Assembly (NCBI RefSeq): GCF_001194135.2
Contig: NW_026316409.1
Span: forward strand, 1 to 33,756
From: Octopus bimaculoides
Lineage: Eukaryota
DNA length: 33,756 nucleotides
Direction of reading: 5' to 3'
Shown: one piece after another, positions 1 to 11,633 of the stretch
Layout: every line of letters starts with the position of its first letter
Numbering within the stretch: position 1 is the first letter of the stretch
Program-made: the position numbers and the translations under genes
The notes under the pieces: generated by a model
Database searches by the model: none
What the model was told of the DNA's origin: nothing
What the model saw: only the letters and a program-made list of their open reading frames with translations

Positions 1-160
1 TATGTGTTGCTAATGAACTTATGCAAGTGCCAATGATGTTTTCATTTAGCAAATGAACAAAAACTGTAACCCTTTGTTTAAACAACAATAAAATTAATTT
101 TTCATAAATGTTGTTACTATTTCCTTTAGTCAACTTTTCAAATGTGGAAGGTATACCCTT

Positions 161-363
161 TTACTCTTTTATTTGTTTCAGTCAGTTGACTGTGGCTATG
201 CTGGAGCACCACTTTTACTCGAGCAAATTGACCCCAGGACTTAATGTTTGTAAGCCTAGTACTTATTTTATTGGTGTCTTTTGCCAAACTGCTAAGTTAC
301 AGGGACATAAACACACCAGCATTGGTTGTCAAGCGACAGTGTGGGGACAAACACAGACACACA

Positions 364-405
<42 letters not shown>

Positions 406-566
406 ATGGGCTTCTTTCAGTTTTCATCTACCAAATCCACTCACAAGGCTTTGGTCAGACTGTTGCTATCATAAAAGACACTTGCTGAAGGTGCCATACA
501 GTGGGACCCAACTTGGGACCATGTGTTTGGTGAGCTAGCTACTTACCACACAGCCACTCCTGTACC
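161..566 (-). mobile_element. tRNA-derived SINE, family A, full length
   Basis: Reverse complement of the copies at 6288 and 18791: head GGAGTGGCTGTGTGGTAAGTAGC with A/B-box-like motifs, internal (AT)n/(CA)n tract, tail GACTGAAACAA.TAAAAGAGTAAA. Confidence 0.88.
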
Positions 567-604
567 TGTATATATATATATATATATACACACACACATA
601 ATAA

Positions 605-834
605 TAACCCTAACTATGGTCAATGACTGACCATATCTGACCAAAACATTCCACCTCTTTTATGTTCAAAACAGTCAGATCTGGCCTTTTACATTTATCC
701 TACAATGTCATTATAAAAATAAACAATGACATCATCAAAACCTCAATACTACAAGATAAAGCGTGATTAATACAAAGCAATGTGAATAAGTAAGCATTAC
801 ATTTAGCAGAATAATCTGAGTGCTAAAGATTTAA
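605..834. mobile_element. piggyBac-type MITE, family D, decayed ends
   Basis: Body matches the copy at 16490-16712 (CAGATCTGG...CCTACAATGTCATT...TACAAGATAA...TGATTAAT...AAGCATT.CATTT); right end TGCTAAAGATTTAA. Confidence 0.7.
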
Positions 835-1139
835 ACAAGAAGAACAATGATGATGAAGATGGCAATAATATTAATAATAATTATATTGAAAAAGTTTATA
901 GAAAAAAAGGGAGATTAGGCTATTAAGCTAACCTAAGGACATATAAGTAGTAGAAAGTTGGGCTGGAGAAAACATTCTCATAAGGCTGCAGAAGGAGAAG
1001 GGAGTGTACATGTGTAGGAGATAGTGCAAGACAGATGTTGTGATTATGGNNNNNNNNNNGGGGGGGGGGTATCCCAACAACAACCTCAGAAGAGGAGCCA
1101 CTTCTTCATTTCCCCCAACTTATATATTTTACTGCCCTC

Positions 1140-1395
1140 CCCTACAGTTCATTGTTGTACAATAGTGTCATAAAGCACAACAGTGTTATACAGTGCAGTA
1201 TTGTAAAGTAAACTATGCAATAGCACAATAAAGTGCATTACTGTGCAGTGTCACATGATGCAGTGTTGTGGAAAACACTACAATATTGCTCAGTAAAGTG
1301 AATTACTATACAGTGACATGCAGTATGCTACAGTGCAATAATGTGCACAATGATGCAGTGTTGTACAGTGTCGTACAACATAGGGCAGTGTATTC
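1140..1395. repeat. Degenerate ~5-nt-period satellite (CAGTG/TACAG/TGCAG variants)
   Basis: Repeated gcagtg, tacagt and tgtaca units starting immediately after the donor of exon 1404-1490. Confidence 0.6.
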
Positions 1396-1403
1396 TGTCT
1401 TAC

Positions 1404-1490
1404 CATCTTTGCTGGAATCTCTTTCCTCCTCCTCCTCCTCCTCTTCCTCTTCAAAGAAGTATGTCGCCTCAACCGCGCTCTCAGTCGAGT
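1404..1490 (-). CDS. TBC1D9: TBC1D9 exon (87 nt, phase 1/1): (D)STESAVEATYFFEEEEEEEEEERDSSKD(G)
   Basis: tttcag|AC TCG...GAT G|gtaaga; SA.EAT.YFFE family motif followed by 10 Glu. Confidence 0.9.
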
Positions 1491-1741
1491 CTGAAATGAA
1501 ACGATAATGACAGCTCGGATATAAAGTCATGGTGATGAGTGGGGTAGAGTAGAAGGGTGTCAGGAAGAGGAAGGAGAGGACATCATTAGTTGTTGTAGTT
1601 CAGCCCCAGGTCAGGCTTGATCAAACAGACAACCTTGCATAAAAGTAAAATAAACATAAAATGTTAAATCGTGTAGGGAAAAGCAGCAGCAACAGCAATG
1701 ATGGTGGTCATCTGGAATATAAAGCAGGTAACACTCAAAGG

Positions 1742-1920
1742 GCTAGAAATGATAGTCAAATCTTCCTAAATCACAGCTGAACACCATATAAAAAGAAGGT
1801 CACATCAGATAATGTAGTCCTTAATACACTACATCAGAATTAGAAATGGAATAGTCATGGGTGGAACATCTTTAATTACAGGTCATACTGGACGATGGCT
1901 GACCTGGGGCTAAAAACAAC
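1742..1920 (+). mobile_element. Dispersed repeat family F (GCTAGAAAT...GCTGACCTGGGGCTAAA(CAA)n); class uncertain
   Basis: Related copies near 3183-3365 (+), 22170-22315 (+), 20290-20450 (+); fragments near 1590-1625 (-), 2648-2700, 4120-4270, 16950-17100 (-). Confidence 0.6.
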
Positions 1921-2258
1921 ATACTACATACCCACATATACAAAACTACAAAATAAAAGTTTTATATAAGCACTGGAACAACGAGAAATAATAGTCAAAT
2001 TCCAATTAATCACATCACAACATCATAAACAAAGAAGGACACAGTAGCTAATGAAGATCTACTACAGGAATGGCAGATCAACTGGGAGGATATACAATAA
2101 GTATAGTGGATTAGTGAAGCTAAGCAGCAATGACAACAATTAAACGAGCAAGCAGTAAACCCAGGAGAAACAAATCCAAAGCAAAACTTTGGTGTGAAGA
2201 AACTAGAAACAGTCTGTGTCCATTATCATTGCTTAAGCAGACATATTTAAGGTATTTA

Positions 2259-2380
2259 TTAAGGTTTTCTATAGAAATTACAGATAGCACTGATTTGTTA
2301 TATGCTACAAGGTATATTAAATGCTTTATAAATCAATACTGGCTATAATTTCTATAGAAAATCTGTAGAGACAACCTTAA
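2259..2380. mobile_element. Small foldback/MITE-like element with TTAA ends
   Basis: Left arm TTAAGG..TTTTCTATAGAAATTACAG...CACTGATT is complementary to right arm AATCAATACTGGCTATAATTTCTATAGAAAA...CCTTAA; a related arm occurs at about 9642-9705. Confidence 0.6.
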
Positions 2381-5300
2381 GTGATTTAATAGCACTGCTA
2401 ACACAGTATACTTTGTTGTATACTATGGGTGCACAACAAAATACAGCGTCCCTACAAGTCATTAACTTTTAGGATAGTGTATGGTGAAGAGAGAACCACA
2501 CTTCACATTATGTACGATGGTGGGAGGATAGTCTTGTAGCAAACATCACACTGTGTGTGATGGTGAAGCAGAGGAGTTGGAAGGACACTAGACATTAATC
2601 TTTCCTTCCTTCTCTTCACTTCACACTAAACATTAGTCTTTTCCTAGACCTGCTAGAAATAGCAGCCAAATCCCTTGTGAATATTTGATCATATAATCAG
2701 CTAAATCAGGATTGACTTGAGGCTAAGCAACTCACATTGTTTAGTAATCTTTCTGGGAACAACATGAAAAAAATACCTAAAAGCTAGATATAAAAAAAAA
2801 TTAAAATATCTAAATATATCCTGAAGGTGGTGCCCCAGCTTGGCCACAGTCTAATGACTGAAACAAGTGAATGATAAAAGATAGAGTCCTTTGTGCAAAG
2901 TGGACAGGTAATGTGTATAGGGTAGATAGGTACTGTACATCGAGTGGGCAAGTACCATGTAGGGTGGACAGATACTCATCATTTGATGGACAAGCTGGTA
3001 CAGGCTGGTCAGGTAATCTGTACATGATGGATAAGTACCTTGTATATCACAGTCAAGTACTCTGCATATGCTGGGTGAGGCGGGTGGAACATGCATATGA
3101 TTAAAGATTACAATACAAGAGTATAAAACTTCCTTTGTTACTATAGCTGTCAAAAGAACCGAAAGAACAATAAGGCAGCTCAACCTGCCAGAAATAGCAG
3201 CCAAATCTCCCACAAACTACATGCCACCATCTTAAATAAAGAACACACAAGATAATGCGATCCTAGGTACCCTCAAAAAAAAAAAACGATATCATCATGG
3301 TTGAAACATTTTGATCATATTTGATGAAAGTTTGATCAGAACTGACCTGGGGTTAATGAACAATGGACACAATGTACATATTTTAACTAATGTTGTAGTG
3401 GAAGAGAGATGATGGGACTAATTGTCAACAGCACTGCATTTTGTCATACATAAGTCACAATATTTTCTTCTCAGTGGCATAGTGCATGAAGCAGTAAATA
3501 GGAACCATGGATGGTGTTTATGCATGTTTTATTATTTTCTCACTCAGCAACTAATATTACAGGTGATAGACTAGTATATTGCAAAGAAATACTTCACCTT
3601 CATTTACTTAACTTCAGTAACTTCAGGGGTAAATACCATTTAAATGGATCCATGTTATTAGGAAATATTTTCATATTTGGAGGAGAGGGGGAGATTCTAT
3701 TAAACTCTAATTCACAACCTAGAATATATCATAATGTCAGGTTTTTTTTTTTTTTACCATCCCCTTGGTCTAGCCCTGCTGGCTGGAGCTGGGAAGGGGA
3801 GTCTATGGCATCTAAGCCATGCTTTATGATTTTGTTAAGAATGGCATGACAGGGAAGGCAGCTAGTACTATGATGGGCATGACAATGGGTGGAGGCTGAA
3901 AGAATCCTCCATGGATTAACAGCAGTATTCATAACATTATCATATTTCATCTATTTATCAAAGGGTCAGTGTAAAAAGTGTAGAGACTCTAGTAGCATGA
4001 ACAGAATGTGTAGTGTATAGTGTGTGTAGCCTGTAGAGACTGTGGTTTGTAGAGTTTTAGTGTAAGTACTTCTTGAAGATTCCATTGCTTATGTCTCTTG
4101 TTTAGGTGTATGATGATTCAACCTGCTAAAAAAAGTAGCTGAATATCCTTCAAATCTCACATTATTGCCATAAAAACAAGAAGTACATATTGTGAACTAT
4201 ATTTCTGAATGTCAGAAAAATGCAACATCATTGATCTACTTTATCAGGGCTCATCTGGGGATAAACAACAACTCTAAATAATATGGGGGAGGGGGAATTA
4301 AGGCACTTTCATGGATATTTTTCTACAGGATATCAAGCTGATCTAAGTCATCTCTACCAGTCAAGAAAATTGACCCCAAGACATTGCAGTATTTTTTAAT
4401 TCAATGGATTTGAAATGAAAGCAGTGATACAGGACCGAGTATTTTAAAAATACTCACTCCATAATTTTACAATGTTTTCATCATTTTCATCACATTGTAA
4501 TTATTTTAATTAAAACAATTTATTAAATTGACGTATCACAATATTCTAATCAAAATAATAATTTAAGACATCAACAAACACCAACAATTTATAGGAAAAG
4601 ATGTAGTTGCTTTGCTTTAAACATTCCTAACAGTGGGAGAGAGGTGATTAAATAAGGCTGGTTCTTATTTCATTTGCACCCCAACTACTCTGGAGGATGA
4701 CTGGTGAAACTGAACTCAATTGTATTGACCAAATATTGTGTTTCTCTATTGATTTTGCCAGCTACCACATCTATAATAAAAAAGTAACAATTTCTAAGAA
4801 AGGCAAAATTATACTTTTTAGAGAGACTTAATCAACCCAACAATTGACTTCATACTTACTTTATCAACCAAAGTCAACTTTAATAGGCTTTTTACATTAA
4901 AACCACAGGATCAAGAAGATCCTTCAATCTCATCAAGAATATAACATCTCTACTACTCGTGCCTTGAAAAAATGTATATACCTAATAGCCAAAATTGGAA
5001 TGTACAAGCAAGATGTGATTCCCTAACCTATCTAGAAATGTAGTAAGCCTAGAATAAGAAATGAGTCAAACAGACAACCCAACCAACCCATGTTAGCATG
5101 CCAGCTCATCTAGAAGGGCAGAAAACTCTGAATAGGAAATGTCAAAGACTGCAACAACAACCTATGTTAGCACGGAAAATGGACATAAACTGGAGATGTG
5201 ACAATGATGAATGTAAGGAGATATATGTAACTATTGCAAGGCAGTTTGTTCTTCATTGTTGTGCTGCTTCTGAAATTATTAACAACAACAACAGCAGCAG

Positions 5301-6287
5301 CAGCAATAAAAACAAAATAATGATTTTCTGGTTTAGGCAGAATGCTAGAAGGTTTTGAAAAGAGAGGGTAAGTTGATTACATCTATTTTCAGATGACTGG
5401 TACTTCACTTTATTCACTCCAGAAGGATGAAAGGAAAAGTTGACCTCAGAATGAAAGGACCAGGACAAATACTGCAAGGCATATTTTTGAATGCTGTCAC
5501 AGTACTGTACTGGTACTATATCAACTCTAGAGACATGAAAAAGTTGAACTCAGTCAGATTTGAACTCAGAATGTAAAGAACCAGAACAGATACAGCAATG
5601 CATTTTCTTCCAATGCCAGCTCACCACCTAAATAATAATGATAATAATAATTTTTTCTAGTAGAGGTACGAGGCCTAAAATTGGGGATGGGACTAGTCAA
5701 TTACATCAACCCCAGTGTTTAACTGCTACTTAATTTATCAACCCTGAAAGGATGGAAGTTGACATCAGTGGAATTTGAACTCAGAATATAAGACAGGTAA
5801 AATGCCACCAAGCATTTTCCCCAGTATACAAATGATTCTGCCAGTTCACCACCTCAATGATGATTTCTTATCTATACACAAAGACCAACAGTCTTGAGGA
5901 GAGGAGGTTAGTTGATACTATCAACCCTAGTACTTGGCAGAAACTTTAACAAGAACTGAACTCAAAATGTAAAGAGCCAGAAGATATACCACAAAGCATT
6001 TTGTCCAACACTAATGATTCTGCCAGCTTCCCACTTAATACTGATGATGATGATTTCAAACACAGACCCAACACCAGAAATTTATAGGAAATTATAAAAA
6101 TCAATCAAACCAGCTGGTATTTACTCTACCAAACACCATTAGGTTAAAAGATGACTGAAACAGGATTTGAACTCAACATAAAAGAAGTTGCTACACTTTC
6201 TGCCATAGTACCACAATTCTGATAATAAAATACAACATTGGCACAAGTGCAGAAATTTTTTATGATAAAAAAAGCCTTATAGTCAAA

Positions 6288-6672
6288 GGAGTGGCTGTGT
6301 GGTAAGTAGCTTGCTTACCAACCACATGGTTCCGGATTCAATCCCACTGCGTGGCATCTTGGGCACGTGTCTTCTACTATAGCCTCGGGCCGACCAAAGC
6401 CTTGTGAGTGGATTTGGTAGATGGAAACTGAAAGAAGCCTCTTGTATATATGTATATATATGTGTGTGTATGTTTGTGTGTCTGTGTTTGTCCCACTAGC
6501 AATGCTTGACGACCGATGCTGGTGTGTTTATGTCCCCGTTACTTAGCGGTTCGGCAAAGAGACCACTAGAATAAGTACTAGGCTTACAAAGAATAAGCCC
6601 CGGGGTCAATATGCTCGACTGAAGGCAGTGCTCCAGCATGGCTGCAGTCAAAGGACTGAAACAAGTAAAAAG
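6288..6672 (+). mobile_element. tRNA-derived SINE, family A, full length
   Basis: GGAGTGGCTGTGTGGTAAGTAGCTTGCTTACCAACCACATGGTTCCGGATTCAATCCC head; tail GACTGAAACAAGTAAAAAGAG. Confidence 0.9.
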
Positions 6673-6810
6673 AGAGACAGAGAGAATCCCTAATACATGC
6701 CTGAGATTGATTTTACCAACAAATGTTGAATATATGACTGGGATTTGAACAAAAGAGAGTACAGGAATAAATAAAGAATAGTTTTATTATTTGGTAATTT
6801 TTATTTTTTA

Positions 6811-6982
6811 AGGTGACAAGCCAGCAGAATTGTTAGCATGTCAGGCAAAATGCTTAGCAGCATTTCCCGTAACTTTATGTTCTGTGTTCAAATTCCACTG
6901 AGGTCAGCTTTGCCTTTCATCCTTTCAGCATCAATGAAATACGTATCAGTTGAGCACTAGGGTCAATGGAATTGACAAGCCC
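6811..6982 (+). mobile_element. Family-B SINE, opposite in orientation to its neighbours, ending at an N gap
   Basis: GGTGACAAGCCAGCAGAATTGTTAGCA...TGTGTTCAAATTCC..TGAGGTCAGCTTTGCCTTTCATCCTTTC. Confidence 0.85.
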
Positions 6983-8526
6983 NNNNNNNNNNNNNNNNNN
7001 NNNNNNNNNNNNNNNNNNNNNNNNNNNNNNNNNNNNNCACACACACACCACCACCACTCCACTAATATCTCAGGCTTTATGCCTGTTGCAGAAAGGATTA
7101 CTTAAAAACTTTGTCAGTGGAGCTAAATGAGCAGCCTATTAGCTTTTAAAGAGAGCAAATATCACATTTTAAAGGTCAGGAGCCTTGACCTTTTAATGGT
7201 CTGCAGTCATGACCAATTTAAATGTCAAGAGTTATGACTTTTCAAAGGAGTAGAACCGATAGTGTTTCAAAGACTCCACCACAAAATGGAAAAGTTAAAC
7301 AAGCAACTAAATTGAGTCCTTCACCCAAAAGAGAGAATAGTCCCTCTGACAAGATTCTGTTTATCAATTTCACTCTCAAGTCTTCAATCCACCATTGAAC
7401 ATTCAATGGGACTGAAACCAAAACCATACAATTGCTAATCAAACTTGTTAACCCTACAGTCACAACTGTGCCCATCACTCAACCACCTTGTCTTGAAAAC
7501 AACAATTGCTTCTAATTTATACACAAAGTAATTTTGACTAGTACTTTATTTCATCAACTTCTAAGGGATGAAAGGCACAGTTGACTTCAGTAGGTTTTGA
7601 ACTTAGAATGCAAATGGTTGAAATAAATATCACCAGGCATTTTGTCTGATGCTCAAACAATTCTACCAGTCCACCACCTAATTATAATTGTTTCTACTTT
7701 AAGCACAAGGTCAACAATTTTGATTAAGGGGTTGAGTCAATACCATCAACCCCAGTACTTGACTGGTACTTTATTTCCATAATAATAATAATCCTTTCTA
7801 CTACAGGCACAAGGCCTGAAATTTGGGGGAGGAGGATAATCAATTACATCGACCCCAGTACTTAACTGATACTTTTTCTACCAACTTTGAAAGGACGAAA
7901 GGCAAAGTGGACCTTAGCAGAATTTGAACTCAGAATGAAAAGATGGGTGAAATACTGCTAAGCATTTTGCCCGGTGTGCTAACAGTTTGCCACTTTTACC
8001 ATAATAATGATAATTACGATGATGATGATGGACTCTCTCATTGAAGTTGCTGTGTTTAACTTTTTGCCAAATGACCTGCACGAATGGTTTGTTAATAGTG
8101 ATCAAATGTATGTGCAGTACATTAGCTCACTCCCTCCATCAAATCAATGTTGCCCAAACAGGTGCACAGTGTACCACACATCAGGTGTCAAAGTGATTGC
8201 AGAGCAACATGAGAAACACAATGCACCACCCATTCTAGGAACTGAAACCACAATCTCACAATCATAAGTGCAACACCCTAACCACTAGGCCATGTGTCCT
8301 CACAAAATAATAATCTTTCTTATTATAGGCACAAGGCCTGAAATTTGGGGATGAGGATAGTCGATTACATTCACCCCAGTGTTTCACTGGTACTTAATTT
8401 ATCTACTTCAGAGGAATTTGAACTCAGAGTGTAGCAGCAGACAAAATATCACTAATCATTTCACCCAGTGTGCTAACAATTCTGCCAGCTTGCTACCTTT
8501 CCTCACATAGTAATAATGACAATGAT

Positions 8527-8840
8527 GGATGCGCAATGTCAGTGTGCTTAGAGAAAAATTGGGCCTAAGAGGCATCAGATGTGGTGTGCTGGCATGGTCA
8601 TGTGATGAGGACAGCCGTATAAAGAAGAGTCAATCACTAAACATAAAAAGAGCATCTGGAAGAGGCAGCCTAGGACCTCATCAGTGCTGGTGCCATATAA
8701 AAAGAACCTAGTACACTGTTAAGTGGTTGATGTTAGGAAGGGCATCTAGCTGTAGAAAACCATGCCAAAGAAGACAGAACTAGATGGAACCCTCAGACTC
8801 ATCTGTTCTTGACAAACCATGCAAAAAATAAATATTAAAT
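8527..8840 (+). mobile_element. RTE-clade LINE 3' fragment, internally deleted, with 3'UTR
   Basis: MRNVSV/LREKLGLRGIRCGV...DEDS.IKK...GRG matches the RTE C-terminus seen at 28700-29100; followed by GTGCTGGTGCC...TTAGGAAGGGCATC.AGCTGTAGAAA. Confidence 0.75.
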
Positions 8841-9025
8841 TCTAAATCGGTAAAAAAGCCAGCAATTTTGATGAGAGGGTGAAATCAGTTGGCTCAACCC
8901 CAATGCTCGACTATTTTATCAATCCTGATAAGATAACAGGCAAAGTCAACCTTGAAAGAATTTGAAGTTAAAACACTAAGCATTTGTTGGACTTGCAAAT
9001 GAATCTGCCAGCTTGCCACCTTTAT

Positions 9026-9105
<80 letters not shown>
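9026..9105. repeat. (TAA)n microsatellite, about 27 units, forming the tail of a family-B SINE
   Basis: Direct reading. Confidence 0.97.
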
Positions 9106-9106
<1 letters not shown>

Positions 9107-11159
9107 TCCTTCTACTATAGACACAAGGCCTGAAACTTAGGGAGAGGAGGCTAGTTGATTACATTAACCCCAGTGTTCAACTGATACTTATTTTATCAAC
9201 CCTCAAAAGGATGTAAAGCAAAGTCATTCTTGGCAGAATTTGAACTCGGAATGTAAAGACAGATGAAATACCCCTAAGTATTTTGTCCAGCATGCTAATG
9301 ATTCTGCTGGTTTGCCACAAAAACAACAACATTTTGCATTGAATATCAATCATCATCATGAACACTGTTTTGGAGCTATTGTACCAAACAGCAATCATTA
9401 TACACATGAAGCAGAGCAGCAGCATCGACAGGCAGATAGCTAGACATACATTTTCAATGAGACTCATGCAAACATGTAAAAACAATATATAATTATAACC
9501 AATCAAGGAATGTTTGTAGTATGTGATGAGTGGGAGATAGAGAAAGAAAGTTTACATGTGTGTATGTGCATACATGTGTGTATGTGCATACACATAAGCC
9601 CTTTGTGAATAGAAACATATCATCATCAAACGAATCACATGTTAAGGTTACCTCTACAGATTTTCTAGAGAAATTACAGCCAGCATTGATTTGTTACAAC
9701 GTTTTGTATCTGAATATGTCGAATGTAAGCAACAATGCAATGAAAGGTAGAAAAATAGGTAATGGGTGTATAAGCATTTTTCTATGCTGGCATAGCTCAG
9801 ACAAGACTTATTCAAGCAGTAATCTTTGACTAGAGGCCTTTCTGCAGCTAACCCTTACATTTTATCAAGCAAGGTATGTTTTTATTTCACATCAGATAGA
9901 AGGCCTGGTAGTATTTATTTTGGATTTCAATGCTACAAGTTCAAATCCTATTCTGATTATCTTTGTCTTCCATCTTTCTGGAGTCAATAAAATACCAGTG
10001 CTGGATTTAATTCTTCATCATCATTGTCTTCTTCTTCTTCATCCTCTTTCTCTCTCTTTAAACAATTGCTGATCACTTAAAGTGGATGAAATTTGTAAAA
10101 GTGAGAGACTCATGAAGACATAGGGACAAAGTAGTAAATGCTTATTTCAGGAAGTTGAGCCTCAAAGAAGAGATTTCAAAGGACCAAGATGAGCAGCAAT
10201 TTGCTGTGTTCAAGAAGATCTGTCTGCCATAACAAAAGTGAAATTCTAAAAGCATTAAGTTTATGTCTATGCACTCACTGACCCCTTCTCCAGCACCCAA
10301 TGTGTCTCCATCAAGCCTTCATCACCTACCCATTCCTTCATCATTCTTTTAACAATAGCACTATTCAGCTGCTATAGTCATATGAGAGCAGAAGCTGAAC
10401 ATATTTCACCACACTTCTGTGCAACAAGTTGCTTTCCTCTATTCTTGGAACCACTTCCTTTTAAAATTCATCCCTCTTTCTCACTATCATCCCTTACAAA
10501 TTTATTTCTCTAATTATCCTTTTCTGTGCCTCTGGTTGGTTATCTCCCCTACCCTCACCTCAGCTACATCTTAGGATTGCTACACTTCTTTAACACCCTC
10601 TTTTATCAGCTGTGGACAGCCCTACAACTTTGCCCCAATTCACCACAGCCATCCCTACTAAGCCTCTGACTTCCACCTCTCTCTCCCTTCTCCCAACCCA
10701 CACATCATCTCCCTGTTTTCCAATCAATCTGCAGGCTTATTATACTGCTTGCCGAAGTCCACCTGCCCCATGCCACCTTCTGCTTTCTAACCCTAACCCT
10801 ATTTCTTTCACCTACCCCCACCCCCATAACCACACCTCCACCTTTGTTCATTATTCACAACATTCACCTCTCTCTAACCTTTTGTCACTCTCCTCTTACA
10901 CTATAATGAACTTACCACTGACCCTCACTGGTCTTCAGCTGATACTCTTTTATATTTACATGATTGTATCTTGAGTGTATGCTCTGGCACCTCATCACAT
11001 CTTTATTTTCCAGCTACTCCCACTCATCCGCTATGCAAGACATCTGTCCCCCTATCAAGCTTTTACCACTTGACACAAAACCACCACCTTCTCAACTACA
11101 ACCCCACTCAAGTGAACAGGGCTTATCTTTTGTGTTGCAAGTTATGTGATGACCTCACA

Positions 11160-11385
11160 AATGCTGGTGCCAAGAAAAAAAGAACTCAATGCTATCTGTA
11201 AAGTGATTGGTATTAAGAAGGACATCCAGCTGTAGAAACCACAAAGGAACAAACAGCAGAGCTTCATGCAGCCTTCCACCTCATTGGATCCTTTCAAACC
11301 ATCCAACTCATGCCAGCATGGATGACAAACATTAAATGGCAATGATGATAAGGATAATGATGATGATGATGATGATGATGATGAC
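11160..11385 (+). mobile_element. RTE-type 3' tail fragment ending in (GAT)n
   Basis: GCTGGTGCC...AAGAAGGACATCCAGCTGTAGAAACC...CCAACTCATGCCAGCATGGA...(GAT)n. Confidence 0.7.
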
Positions 11386-11427
11386 AGTCACACATACAAC
11401 AAACTTTTGAACAGTTTCTGTCAAACA

Positions 11428-11553
11428 AATTTCACTCACAAAACAGTATTTCAGCCTAAGCTATAGTAGAAGACACATGCCAAAGATGCCACAGAGTGGG
11501 ACGGAACCCAAAACCATGTGGTTGCAAAGCAAGCTTCATAACCACACAGCCAT
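11428..11553 (-). mobile_element. Family-A SINE 5' fragment
   Basis: Reverse complement of the head and core: CTATAGTAGAAGACAC...GATGCCAC..AGTGGGAC.GAACC..AACCATGTGGTTG...ACCACACAGCCA. Confidence 0.75.
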
Positions 11554-11564
11554 GTCAGCATTTA

Positions 11565-11596
11565 TATGTATGAGTACAAATGTGAGTGTGCATTTC

Positions 11597-11633
<37 letters not shown>

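Larger units (their letters stand above)
5330..9320 (-). mobile_element. Cluster of about 11 family-B tRNA-derived SINE copies/fragments, all sense to the gene
   Basis: Recurring plus-strand blocks TTTCTACT.TAGGCACAAGGCCTGAAATTT...ACCCCAGT...GAAAGGATGAAAGGCAAAGT.ACCT...GAATTTGAACTCAG...TTCTGCCAGCT..CC.CC near 5330, 5505, 5652, 5865, 6055, 7505, 7688, 7792, 8312, 8845 and 9108. Confidence 0.85.

Noticed and set aside
108-538. ORFs of 70-126 aa, with look-alikes at 18819-19327
   Set aside because: They lie wholly within family-A SINEs; the similarity reflects repeat copies, not a gene family.
2851-3213. 120-aa minus-strand ORF and overlapping ORFs
   Set aside because: Built on a degenerate tandem repeat between SINE and family-F fragments; no usable splice context or homology.
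4437-4455. Perfect palindrome GAGTATTTT-A-AAAATACTC
   Set aside because: Short, AT-rich and isolated; no partner terminus or TSD found.
8894-9124. Poly-Ile ORF
   Set aside because: Translation of the (TAA)n SINE tail.
10787-10800. Telomere-like CTAACC repeats
   Set aside because: Only about two units; expected by chance.
10260-10974. Pyrimidine-rich region with a 120-aa Ser/Pro/Thr ORF; possible L2/CR1 relic (similar tract at 12560-12880)
   Set aside because: No RT or endonuclease motif could be read with confidence; the ORF has no ATG start and low complexity.
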